Positions 39,636-50,389 of a DNA stretch of 64,000 nt are shown piece by piece. Each line of letters opens with the position of its first letter. The stretch's first letter is position 1. The DNA is taken from NCBI GenBank assembly GCA_950097015.1, contig CATNEN010000039.1, positions 1,240,001-1,304,000 on the forward strand. Reading direction: 5' to 3'. The position numbers and the translations under genes are program-made. Below the pieces are notes generated by a model. It had not been told where the DNA came from and searched no databases. It saw only the letters and a program-made list of their open reading frames with translations. This DNA comes from Macrostomum hystrix (taxonomy: Eukaryota; Animalia; Platyhelminthes).

Positions 39636-40230
39636 GTTTCTGGTTTGTACAGCTTCTGGTTTGTACAGCTTCTGGTTTGTACAGCTTCTGGTTTGTACAG
39701 CTTCTGATTTGTACAGCTTCTGGTTTGTACAGCTTCTGGTTTGTACAGCTTCTGGTTTGTACAGCTTCTGGTTTGTACAGCTTCTGGTTTGTACAGCTTC
39801 TGGTTTGTACAGCTTCTGGTTTGTACAGCTTCTGGTTTGTACAGTTTCTGGTTTTTACAGGTTTACTGTTTGTACAGTTTCTGGTTTGTACAGTTTTTTG
39901 TATGTACAGTTTCTGGTTTATACAGTTTTTTGTTTGTACAGTTACTGGTTTGTACAGGTCCTGGTTTGTACAGTTACTGGTTTGTACAGTTCCTGGTTTG
40001 TACAGTTTTTTGTATGTACAGTTTCTGGTTTATACAGTTTTTTGTTTGTACAGTTCCTGGTTTGTATAGTTTCTGGTTTTTACAGGTTCAGATTTGTACA
40101 GTTTTTACAGTTTCTACGGTTTTGGTTTTGTACAGCTTCTGGTTCGTACAGTTTTTTGTTTGTATAGTTTTTTCTGTTTGTACAGTTTTTTGTTTTGTAT
40201 AATTTCTGGTTTGTACAGCTTCTGGTTTGT
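39636..40230. repeat. 16-bp minisatellite (TGGTTTGTACAGCTTC), degenerating rightwards
   Basis: Direct periodicity. Confidence 0.93.
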
Positions 40231-41991
40231 AATCTGTAAGCCCGCGGCGCGGGTTAAAAATTTCTGTAACACACGGAACCATCTGTTTGCTATTTTGTAC
40301 ACTGTTGCTATTATCAGACAGTAATTATGTTTATGTTCAGTTTATTTTTTACAAAGAAAAATATTCATTTTAATAAATAGTGCCATATTAAAAAACTAAT
40401 AAAGTCGTGAAATAAATATGAGAAGAATGTTGCTAACAAAAATATTGAATACTGGAAAACGATAGGGCAGTAGTTATATACAGTTGGGTGCAGCTTTTAT
40501 CGCTGCTTAAGCAAAATTGTCTTTTTAACAAGCAGATTTTGTCTGCAAAGTGCAGCGCCTGACGCATTCGATAATCATGTTCTGAATGAAGTCCATTCAC
40601 TGGGGAAGGGCCAGGTGTTGCCAAGGCAACAGTTAAACTCTTGGTTGCTGGGCAGGTGCTGCGGCGGGCCAGGGCGAACGTGACTTGAAAGCTGAAAGAC
40701 AGCGGGAGGGTAGGGCCGAGTTGCAGATTTTCACCGGTTTTGGCCGAAAACTGGGCAATAATAAGGAAAGTTGCAGTTTCGCTAATTACTATTGTCTCTA
40801 AGGCCGATTCTTAGTTGTAGTCTTTATTAGCAAATCAATTGGAGAAAATATGGCGTCATAAAGCTCTGCCAAATGTTAATTCGAGTCGATAGGGATATCG
40901 GGATGGTAGTCTTTGTTTCCAGCTTATAGATTGTCAAAGCTGGACTCAAAATAGAAATTAAAATAAGCTATTCAACTCGCCACAGAGGGCAGCAAGGTGA
41001 GTAAGCTACACGGAGGCTGTCAAAAGCTGTACAGGCCGTCAGGATCACCGACAAAGCTCAATTCTTTATTCCCTACCCTCCAATGGTTTGTTCTGCTCCG
41101 ATTTCGGTTGAGTGGAGCTCTCGAGACGCTAATGATGGGTGTCAGACAAACATTGGGATGGGACAGGCTTGGGGTCTTTGTGTCCGCCCCCCGGCTAAAG
41201 TATTGTGGGTTGAGCAGGACGAATGAGATGGAGATCAAAGAGTTTAGTGAGGCCGCAGCTGCTTTTCAGTATATTTGGAAGGCCGAGCTGGTTCGAATGA
41301 AAGCGAGCAGCTGCAGCAGTTGGACTCCCATCGGGTCGGTTCCCATCTTAAGCTCACAATAAAATTGATCTTTGTTCCGAAAGACCCCACACACCGTTAT
41401 AGAGGAGGCCTATATGCCTATATGGCCTCTTTATTCGTGGCACCCACCCCACTCCCACAGAATCAACCCTCGGGCCTTTTCTGGGGCCTCGGCAGTAGCG
41501 GCTGGATCCCCGGGGAGCCTCAGTTGCGTCACCACACGGGCAGCGAGCGGAGGAGGGGGGCGGCCGCCACAACTAAACTAGAAGCGACTCATAAATGACA
41601 CATCATTGAGCACTAGGCTAGGCTGTCTAGATTTCATAAACAAATTTATTGGAGACAAAGGGCCTACTTAAAATTGAAACCCAGCTGGGGGAGCTCGGGG
41701 CGAGCCGCACGTGCTGGGACTCGGACCAATGAGGCGGCGCTGTCAGTGTTAATTCTCTGAATAACAAAAAATAAGACAGCGTGGGCGGCTGACAAGGCGC
41801 AAAAACACAAAACATGAGCAGTTAAGTGCCCCCCTTGAGCAAACACTCGAGATCCTTGAGACTAATGCGGCGTCTTTAGTCGGGCAAGTCAAATAGAATG
41901 AACCTTGAAAACATGAGTCGGGACTTACACAGTGTAGTGTCAAAGCAAACAGACGATGAGCAGTTTAGGCCAGAGAGTGCTGCAGGCTGAA

Positions 41992-42985
41992 TCACTGGCG
42001 GCCGGATTTGGCGCGAACCAGGGCTGGCTTCCTCTGCTGACTGAACATGTCTGAGGGAGGGTTGGCGGCTTGACTGAAGTAGGAACTAAACACGTAACTA
42101 GCACCGATACTTTATACAGAGCTCCTTGGGTTACACATCCTTATCTCTGCCTCTCTTCTATGGCTCCACCTTTCTCTCTCCACTAGCCCTCTCTCCAATG
42201 CTACCGCAGAGACGCTCACCAGAAACACGCAGCTGCACTGACGATGTCGACTTGCGCGGCCGCAGCTGAATCAGTCGCGGAGTTGAGCGGCTTTTGGCGA
42301 CGACGTCAGAGCCGGAGCAGCTCGCCATCGATACGGCGCGGGCGCCGCGACTGGCGCCAAGGCAGCGCCTGATTGGCCTGAGCAGCCGCTGGCGCAGACG
42401 CCCGGTGAAGTTCGCTGGCGACGTCATGGCCGCCATCGCGGACTGCAGCGTCTTCTGCGGCGGAGCCGGCGACTTCCGCTTCGGTGGCGAAGGCGGCGAC
42501 GGTTGCGGTGGTCCGGCTGGGTGCCTTCGGCGCTTGTGCTGGACGCGTTTCGGCGTCTCTGGAATCGTTGCATCGACAGAAGCGGCAGCGGCAGCCAGCT
42601 GCGTCGGTGTTGAAGGCCGTCGTCGCAGGGCGGCAACGCTGCGAAACGCCGCCACGGAGACGCGAGCTCCGCCCCCGCGCCTACTCAGACGAAACATCGA
42701 AGTAGACGAAGAAGCGGCCGGGCGCAGCCGGCGGGAGTAGAACGATGGCAGCTGCGAGGCCGGGCGCCATTCGAACGTGTCGCTGCATTCGACGCGAACC
42801 TCGGCATTGCCATCGGCTTTGCCATTAGCGTTGTCAACATCGACGAAGCGCAGCCCGAAGGTGCTGAGCGCGCGACGCTTATCGGCCTCGATTTGTGCCA
42901 GCAGCGCGTGGAGCATGCAATCGGTGCGGGCTCTGCCTCGCTCGGCGCTGGGGAACCACGGCTGGAGATGCAGTGCGCAGGACAT
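41992..42985 (-). CDS. Divergent CIP/KIP (p21/p27/Dacapo-like) CDK inhibitor, about 274 aa; exons 42985-42220 and 42050-41992
   Basis: TFEWRPASQLPSFYSRRLRP resembles the end of the p27 CDI domain (YEWQEVEKGSLPEFYYRPPRP); spliced C-terminus QLRVS-D-MFSQQRK resembles p21 QTSMT-D-FYHSKRR; donor TCTG|GTGAGC and acceptor CCCTCAG|AC are both phase 1; TPKR, SPPKR and STPR proline-directed sites. Confidence 0.72.
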
Positions 42986-43039
42986 TGTGAGGATGGCTAG
43001 CTGGGTTGCAGACTGCTTGACGGTCAATAAGCTTTGAGG

Positions 43040-43210
43040 AGTGGGCGGAGTGTTTGCTGGTCTGCCGCTAGGCGGGGCCTTATGTAGGACCGCGGCAAGG
43101 CGGGGCCAGGAGCCCTGGGGTTGAAGCGGGGCCGAGTGGGGCAGCGGAAGGGGGAGGGGCGTCCGCACGAGCTTTCCCATTGGCTGTCGCAAAACTGGCA
43201 GACCAATTCG
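43040..43210 (-). promoter_or_regulatory. GC-box/CCAAT promoter upstream of the CKI-like gene
   Basis: Three GCGGGGCC boxes, GGGCGG, and CCAAT/ATTGG motifs within about 230 bp of the ATG. Confidence 0.45.
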
Positions 43211-43427
43211 GTTAGGAGATAAAGTGATCGGCGGGCAACAGCAAGAAGTCACGTGGTTTTCTGTCACTGAAGGCTTTTTGCAAACATCTCACTGTGCTAC
43301 TGACAGTAAGGTTGTTACCTCTAAAAAGCGCTTATTGCAATTTCTTCAACAATAACTCGCAGCAAATTCTTGGAAACGAAAAGCTTAGCCTGAGAGAATG
43401 CAGCATGTGGCATCTATTATTATTTTC

Positions 43428-43720
43428 CGCTCTTCTGCTGCGATTCTATCCGCTGTTCTGCTGCGATTCTATCCACTGTTCTGCTGCGATTCTATCCACT
43501 GTTCTGCTGCGATTCTATCCGCTGTTCTGCTGCGATTCTATCCGCTGTTCTGCTGCGATTCTATCCGCTGTTCTGCTGCGATTCTATCCGCTGTTCTGCT
43601 GCGATTCTATCCGCTGTTCTGCTGCGATTCTATCCGCTGTTCTGCTGCGATTCTATCCGCTGTTCTGCTGCGATTCTATCCGCTGTTCTGCTGCGATTCT
43701 ATCCGCTGTTCTGCTGCGAT
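43428..43720. repeat. 23-bp minisatellite (CTGTTCTGCTGCGATTCTATCCG), block A copy
   Basis: Direct periodicity; same unit as 47272-47940. Confidence 0.96.
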
Positions 43721-44442
43721 TGCTCAGCGTAGCTCAACGTTTGGACGTTGAAAGTTTGGTTCGATTCCAACCTTTGAACTTCTGGAAACGCAGCATGTCC
43801 AAAGCGAGACTTAAACTCAATAAGTTTCTGATCAAATCATTCTGATGTGCTCAGTAGATTATAAAAATTGAATCAATCGATATTTCCCAGATGAAAGCAT
43901 TCAGCACGCAGTATAGCTGTTACACCATCAACTCAATCAATCTACGCAGCTAGATATTAACAACTGCACTTACATGCGAATACACTTGAGTTTTAATTGA
44001 ATTATCCTGACTATTCCCATCTCTCAATCGCATCAACATCGGCCTCTTCAAGAACTGCTCGATTCTAAATAAAAAACTGCATGACTGAAGAACTGCTTTA
44101 GATACTCAGTGTTTTTTGATCGAGTACCATGGTGACTTACCGTGTGTGCATTTGAGATTAATCAACGTAATGAATTTTTTCTCTCTGTAAAGCTGCATGT
44201 CTGCGCTGTGAGTTCTACTGCCCATCTTTAACCAGGGACAGAAACCCTGCAGCATCGTGGAGAATGACTCATATATTGGAGATAAAACAGTCACATATCA
44301 TTATGTTACGGTAGTCTAAGAATAAATAACTGTGGAGAAGAAAATTCGAGACTAAGATGAAAATATCCCGAAAATTCTTGGGTCTGAGGCCTTTTCGAAA
44401 CGCAATAATATCCTATTCCCAACTCCCAATCGATTTTGAACA

Positions 44443-45102
44443 CCCTGCACCGACTCCAGTCGATGATCTGCACCCTGTACCAACTCCAGTCGATGCTATG
44501 CAGCCTGTACCAACTCCATGCAGTCGATGCTTTGTACCCTGAACCAACTCCAGTCGATGCTATGCAGCCTGTACCAACTCCATGCAGTCGATGCTTTGTA
44601 CCCTGTACCAACTCCAGTCGATGCTTTGTACCCTGTACCAACTCCAGTCGATGCTATGTACCCTGTACCGACTCCAGTCGATGCTTTGTACCCTGTACCA
44701 ACTCCAGTCGATGCTTTGTACCCTGTACCAGCTCCAGTCGATGCTATGTACCCTGTACCAACTCCAGTCGATGCTATGCAGCCTGTACCAACTCCATGCA
44801 GTCGATGCTTTGTACCCTGTACCAACTCCAGTCGATGCTTTGTACCCTGTACCAACTCCAGTCGATGCTTTGTACCCTGTACCGACTCCAGTCGATGCTA
44901 TGCAGCCTGTACCAACTCCATGCAGTCGATGCTTTGTACCCTGTACCAACTCCAGTCGATGCTTTGTACCCTGAACCAACTCCAGTCGATGCTTTGTACC
45001 CTGTACCAACTCCAGTCGATGCTTTGTACCCTGTACCAACTCCAGTCGATGCTTTGTACCCTGTACCAACTCCAGTCGATGCTTTGTACCCTGAACCAAC
45101 TC
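44443..45102. repeat. 30-bp minisatellite (CCCTGTACCAACTCCAGTCGATGCTTTGTA) with 34-bp variants
   Basis: Direct periodicity. Confidence 0.95.
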
Positions 45103-46247
45103 TGGTTGAAGCGAAACACTGTACACCAGTTTTAGATCGAGCCTCAACCAGTGATGAAACTGGATGCCTTTTACTTTATTAGAGACGACAATAATTTGTT
45201 GTAATTTCCGTTACCGTCGAGCGGACAGCAGACGGGTAGTCGGGGTTCGGGTACGGACTGCCCAGAGCTTGCCGAGGAGGAGGGAAGGGGAGCGGCGACT
45301 TTCGAGGCGTAATGACACTGCGAGCTAGAGATGAGGGACTAGGAGCGTACGGACACTCGCTAAGCCCCGCGAGAAGGATTCGCGGATGACTGAGCTGCGA
45401 GCAGGCGGCCACTCGTCAGCACCGGATTGATGTGGGTGGCGGTCTGGAGGCATACTGACACTTCAGACTCGAGGGAAGATGCGGAAGGAGAGAGGAGCTG
45501 AGCAGTTGGCCACTCGTATCCAATGAGAGGACGAAGAAGCCACTGGAGGTCGGGAAGGTAAGCAAGCGTATGATGAAGAGAACAGGAAATGAATAAATCG
45601 TTAAAATCATTAAATTCTCAAACTACTCTCTGACAACCCTCTGGCTGGGGCGGTGCACATAAACAACAGCTGGGGGCAAGAGCCCAGGGCTGGACGGGGT
45701 GGGGCTAAGCCACGCAGGGCTGGGGGTGGGGGCCAAACTTACAGGGTAGAGGGGCGAGAGAGCAAGAGAATGGGAGAGGCTAGCCAATCAGAGGCCCCCG
45801 TGGCGACAGACTTGATTGGACTAGCCCCCACAGCGAAAGCAAGCAGCGGGGGCAGCCAATGGGCGAGCGACAGCAAGCTAAAGGAAGGCGGGCTAAAACA
45901 GGGCGGGCAGAACCGGATCGCCCAGATGGCTGGTGTGAAAGGGTTGGAGAATGCTGGGGACGGTGCAAGGGCATTGTGAGTCGCAGCTAACAACAAATTT
46001 ATGTTAAAGGATGAAAATAAAATTATTTTATGAGCGTTCAACTTATAATGTCCAAAATATCGGCGGACGGTTTAGGGATATATATATAACAAGCAGAACT
46101 TTCAGATAGTCCAAAAACTTTTATTGCAGTCGCCTGACCCCCTTTGTGATATCTGGGCTGCTCATGTATAATGTATAGACCAATAAAACCATATTTTCGT
46201 TACACTGTCAAACCATTCGCTCAAGAGTTCTTTGAAGCTCCGGCCGC

Positions 46248-47015
46248 TCACACGAACGGGTTGACGCACTCGCACAGCGACTGGTCGATGCCCGGGTAGG
46301 TGTCTGTGGAGTCGTCCATGCTGTCCGTGAAGCTGGACCAGATGTCCGCCTTGTTGTATGCGTTGCCGCTGTTTGGCTGGCCGGCCCTCCAAACCTCCGG
46401 CAGAAAGGGCAGCCCGCAGGCCTGCCAGTACCAGGTGCCACTGCTGAAGCTGCCTGTGCGGTAGCCGCCTACAAAGTAGGACCGCCCGGCGTTCACGTAG
46501 GTCTTCAGCCAGTGCATGTAGAGCATCTCGGCACGGTCCAGTGCGTCGGCCATCTTGGTGAGCTGTCCGGGCTCTGAGTCGCACTGGATCAGACCCAGCG
46601 AATAGCTGGCGTTGTTGTAGAACTTGTAGGTGGAGCCGTGGTAGCTGCTGCCGTAGGCGCTGCGGCACAGCTGACCGCGCGGAAGGCCGGGTTGACGGCG
46701 CAGGTAAATCCAGTCGAAGTCGGAGCAAGGGTCTCGGTTGGGCATGTGGCTGCACTTGTTGAACTCCATCGTCTGGCAGATCTTATTCGGTCCGTACAGT
46801 CGGAAGGCGCGACAGTCGACGCCGCGGATGACGCAGGCAACGGCACAGAATCTCTCGTTGCCAGAAGCAACTGAGATCTCGAACAGGAACTGGGCCTTCA
46901 GGCACACCTTCGCGTACATCAGCGTGAAGTCTTCCAACTGGGCCGCTACCGGAGAAGCAGCGACAGCTAGCGACAGCACGAGCGCGACAATCCAGGTGCA
47001 GGTTTGGGACAGCAT
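46248..47015 (-). CDS. Secreted PAN/apple plus C-type lectin domain protein, copy A (intronless, 255 aa)
   Basis: Signal peptide; CAVAC...CRAFRLYGPNKIC (PAN-like); YKFY...C...LTKM...YFVGG...WYW...W..GQPN...LCE (CTLD-like). Confidence 0.82.
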   Translation of the reverse strand: MLSQTCTWIVALVLSLAVAASPVAAQLEDFTLMYAKVCLKAQFLFEISVASGNERFCAVACVIRGVDCRAFRLYGPNKICQTMEFNKCSHMPNRDPCSDFDWIYLRRQPGLPRGQLCRSAYGSSYHGSTYKFYNNASYSLGLIQCDSEPGQLTKMADALDRAEMLYMHWLKTYVNAGRSYFVGGYRTGSFSSGTWYWQACGLPFLPEVWRAGQPNSGNAYNKADIWSSFTDSMDDSTDTYPGIDQSLCECVNPFV

Positions 47016-47115
47016 CCTGAGTTCCTCGAGAGTCACTGCTGAGGCTCAGGCAGATGCTGGGTGCCCTCCGCTCGCCAGGCAATTTATCGACTCTTGTGCG
47101 CGCTTCGATGCGAGC

Positions 47116-47129
47116 GTTGTCATGGCGAC
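47116..47129 (-). promoter_or_regulatory. RFX X-box GTCGCCATGACAAC about 100 bp upstream of lectin copy A
   Basis: Matches the consensus; identical in copy B. Confidence 0.5.
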
Positions 47130-47271
47130 TGGTCGTAAACATCAAAATCTTCCTTACTGAAATTATAGTAAATTTTTAACCCATGTTCCTACGCCTTTTG
47201 CAAGTAGTATAACTAGCATTTCAAAATCCTAAATTTGTGAGGGCATCCAAGTTCGATGTCCAAGCTGTCCA

Positions 47272-47940
47272 AGCTGTTCTGCTGCGATTCTATCCGCTGT
47301 TCTGCTGCGATTCTATCCGCTGTTCTGCTGCGATTCTATCCGCTGTTCTGCTGCGATTCTATCCGCTGCGATTCTATCAGCTGTTCTGCTGCGATTCTTT
47401 CCGCTGTTCTGCTGCGATTCTATCCGCTGTTCTGCTGCGATTCTATCCGCTGCGATTCTATCAGCTGTTCTGCTGCGATTCTTTCCGCTGTTCTGCTGCG
47501 ATTCTATCCGCTGTTCTGCTGCGATTCTATCCGCTGTTCCGCTGCGATTCTATCCGCTGTTCCGCTGCGATTCTATCCGCTGTTCTGCTTCGATTCTTTC
47601 CGTTGTTCCACTGCGATTCTATCCACTGTTCTGCTGCGATTCTATCCACTGTTCTGCTGCGATTCTATCCGCTGTTCTGCTTCGATTCTATCCACTGTTC
47701 TGCTTCGATTCTATCCGCTGTTCTGCTTCGATTCTTTCCGCTGTTCAGCTTCGATTCTATCCGCTGTTCTGCTTCGATTCTTTCCGCTGTTCTGCTTCGA
47801 TTCTATCCGCTGTTCTGCTTCGATTCTATCCACTGTTCTGCTTCGATTCTTTCCAATGTTCTGCTGCGATTCTATCCGCTGTTCTGCTGCAATTCTATCC
47901 GCTGTTCTGCTGCGATTCTATCCGCTGTTCTGCTGCAATT
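47272..47940. repeat. 23-bp minisatellite (CTGTTCTGCTGCGATTCTATCCG), block B copy
   Basis: Direct periodicity; more variants than the block A copy. Confidence 0.96.
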
Positions 47941-48590
47941 CGAGCCGTTGCCTCCCACAATGTTTTGTTCCTAGCTGCAGCTGTAGTTGGATTTTTTGTT
48001 GTTGTCAAAGTACGAAGAATCTCGAAAAATTCTCGTTTTTTCGAAAATCGCTTAAAATCAAATGAAGCGCGTCAAACTATCAGTCATCTGTTGTCGCGGC
48101 AGAGCTGAGATCCCCTGATGAAAGCTGTCGCCAGGTGATCTGATAGCTTCTCTTTGTCTGCAGTAATCAAGCAAATCTAATCAGTGAGGCACTCGCAGTT
48201 TCCAGGTTTTGCATGGCAGTTCCATGCCTCGTGAGACACTTGTGCTTTGAATAAATCAACGGTGAGTGCTTCTGATTTATCTCCCCATTGCATCCACGTG
48301 GGCCCCTTCACGACCGTTTGATTAAAAATACGAAAATACAATCCAGCACAACTCAGAAACTCAGCGAATGTTTGCTATCGTAGCTCGCCTGAGTGGCTGT
48401 GTTTTTGAGATTAATTAACTTTATTGAAAAAGACTGCGAGATATTTCCCATATAGACAAAGAGAGATTCATTTTCAATGTGTATTTGTGCGTTCTGGGTC
48501 CTGTGGCACTCAGTGGTACGGGCCGAAGCCGTCGACTGCATACTCGAAGCGGAATATGAGATATTGCAACCAGACTGATTACACAGTTAG

Positions 48591-48867
48591 ACTCTCAATA
48601 GATGCTCATCACCCTGTACCAACTCTCAATAGATGCTCATCACCCTGTACCAACTCTCAATAGATGCTCATCACCCTGTACCAACTCTCAATAGATGCTC
48701 ATCACCCTGTACCAACTCTCAATAGATGCTCATCACCCTGTACCAACTCTCAATAGATGCTCATCACCCTGTACCAACTCTCAATAGATGCTCATCACCC
48801 TGTACCAACTCTCAATAGATGCTCATCACCCTGTACCAACTCTCAATAGATGCTCATCACCCTGTAC
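48591..48867. repeat. 31-bp minisatellite (CCCTGTACCAACTCTCAATAGATGCTCATCA)
   Basis: Direct periodicity; unit related to the 30-mer at 44.4-45.1 kb. Confidence 0.96.
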
Positions 48868-49190
48868 TGTTAACACTCTAATCGAGTTGAAACAAAAAAA
48901 AACTTTAAAGTTTGAAAATTTTATTAGAGGGAAAATATAAATATTGAATTTAAGGATTTTTAAACGATCGAGGCAAATTACGAACTGTTCTGAGGTAAGT
49001 TTTCCCTTGAAGCAGCTTTACTCGATTCAGCAAGCATGCGAATTCATTTTCTAGATTAAAAAGCGCATTGCTCCATAGGCATATTAAATAAAACCAACAT
49101 GTGGCAATTTCCGTTCGTCCATAAAGATTTCAAGTGTCCTCATCAACACAACGTCCTCAACGTCTCGGGTGGCTCAGCGCAGCCGGCCGC

Positions 49191-49958
49191 TCACACGAAC
49201 GGGTTGACGCACTCGCACAGCGACTGGTCGATGCCTGGCCAGATCTCGGTGCAGTCGTCTACCGTGTCCGTGTGGCTGCTCCAGATGTCAATCACGTTGT
49301 ACTCGTCACCTCCGTTCGGCTGGCCGACCCTCCAGACCTCCGGTAGCAGCTGAAGCCCGCAGGCCTGCCAGTACCAGGTGCCGGTGTTGAATGTGCCTGT
49401 GCGGTAGCCGCCAACAAAGTAGGGACGCCCGGCGTTCACGTAGGTCTTCAGCCAGTGCATGTAGAGCATCTCGGCACGGTCCAGTGCGTCGGCCATCTTG
49501 GTGAGCTGTCCGGGCTCCGAGTCGCACTGGATCAGACCCAGCGAAAAGCTGGCGTTGTTGTAGAACTTGTAGGTGGAGCCGTGGTAGCTGCTGCCGTAGC
49601 CGCTGCGGCACAGCTGACCGCGCGGAAGGCCGGGTTGACGGCGCAGGTAAATCCAGTCGAAGTCGGAGCAAGGGTCTCGGTTGGGCATGTGGCTGCACTT
49701 GTTGAACTCCATCGTCTGGCAGATCTTATTCGGTCCGTACAGTCGGAAGGCGCGACAGTCGACGCCGCGACTGATGCAGGCGATCGCACAAAACCTGTTA
49801 CTTCCGCTAGCAGTTGGCGTCTCGAAAAGGAACTGGGCCTTCAGGCACACCTTCGCGTACATCAGCGTGAAGTCATCCATTTGGGCCGCTACCGGAGAAG
49901 CAGCGACAGCTAGCGACAGCACGAGCGCGAAAATCCAGATGCAGGTTTGGGACAGCAT
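49191..49958 (-). CDS. Secreted PAN/apple plus C-type lectin domain protein, copy B
   Basis: Same length and architecture as copy A, offset by 2943 bp. Confidence 0.82.
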   Translation of the reverse strand: MLSQTCIWIFALVLSLAVAASPVAAQMDDFTLMYAKVCLKAQFLFETPTASGSNRFCAIACISRGVDCRAFRLYGPNKICQTMEFNKCSHMPNRDPCSDFDWIYLRRQPGLPRGQLCRSGYGSSYHGSTYKFYNNASFSLGLIQCDSEPGQLTKMADALDRAEMLYMHWLKTYVNAGRPYFVGGYRTGTFNTGTWYWQACGLQLLPEVWRVGQPNGGDEYNVIDIWSSHTDTVDDCTEIWPGIDQSLCECVNPFV

Positions 49959-50058
49959 CCTGAGTTCCTCGAGAGTCACTGATGAGGCTCAGGCAGCTGC
50001 TGGGTGCCCTCCGCCCGCCAGGCAATTTATCGACTCTTGTGCGCGCTTCGATGCGAGC

Positions 50059-50072
50059 GTTGTCATGGCGAC
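50059..50072 (-). promoter_or_regulatory. RFX X-box upstream of lectin copy B
   Basis: Identical to 47116-47129. Confidence 0.5.
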
Positions 50073-50389
50073 TGGTCACAAACACCAAGTTCTTCCCATC
50101 TAAAAGCGTCTATCATTTTTACCACTAAATGCTTCTTCGCCCTGGATAGTAGTATGGATCGGATTTTATTATCTAGACAAGGATTTAGAAATCCGCGCCA
50201 GCCACGGACGCTCCTTTGAACAGGGAACACGGGTGTTAGAAGGGCTTGCTTTGACAGTTTAAATTTATGAACTTTCTAAAACGAACTATTAGCCTGTATT
50301 CGCCTGTGTGATTTTGAGCCTGTGTTGATATCAGTGCTCAGGGTCAGCAGGGTAGGCAGAACAGGTATCTCCCAATTTTCGTGAGTGAA

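Noticed and set aside
42158-43267. 369-aa single-exon ORF as given
   Set aside because: The 5' part is GC-box promoter read from a GTG, and the 3' end runs past a consensus donor; the spliced model fits better
44306-45182. Mucin-like (VDALYPVPTP)n or Cys-rich repeat protein
   Set aside because: Minisatellite with frame-shifting 34-bp units; the paralogous array has a 31-bp unit
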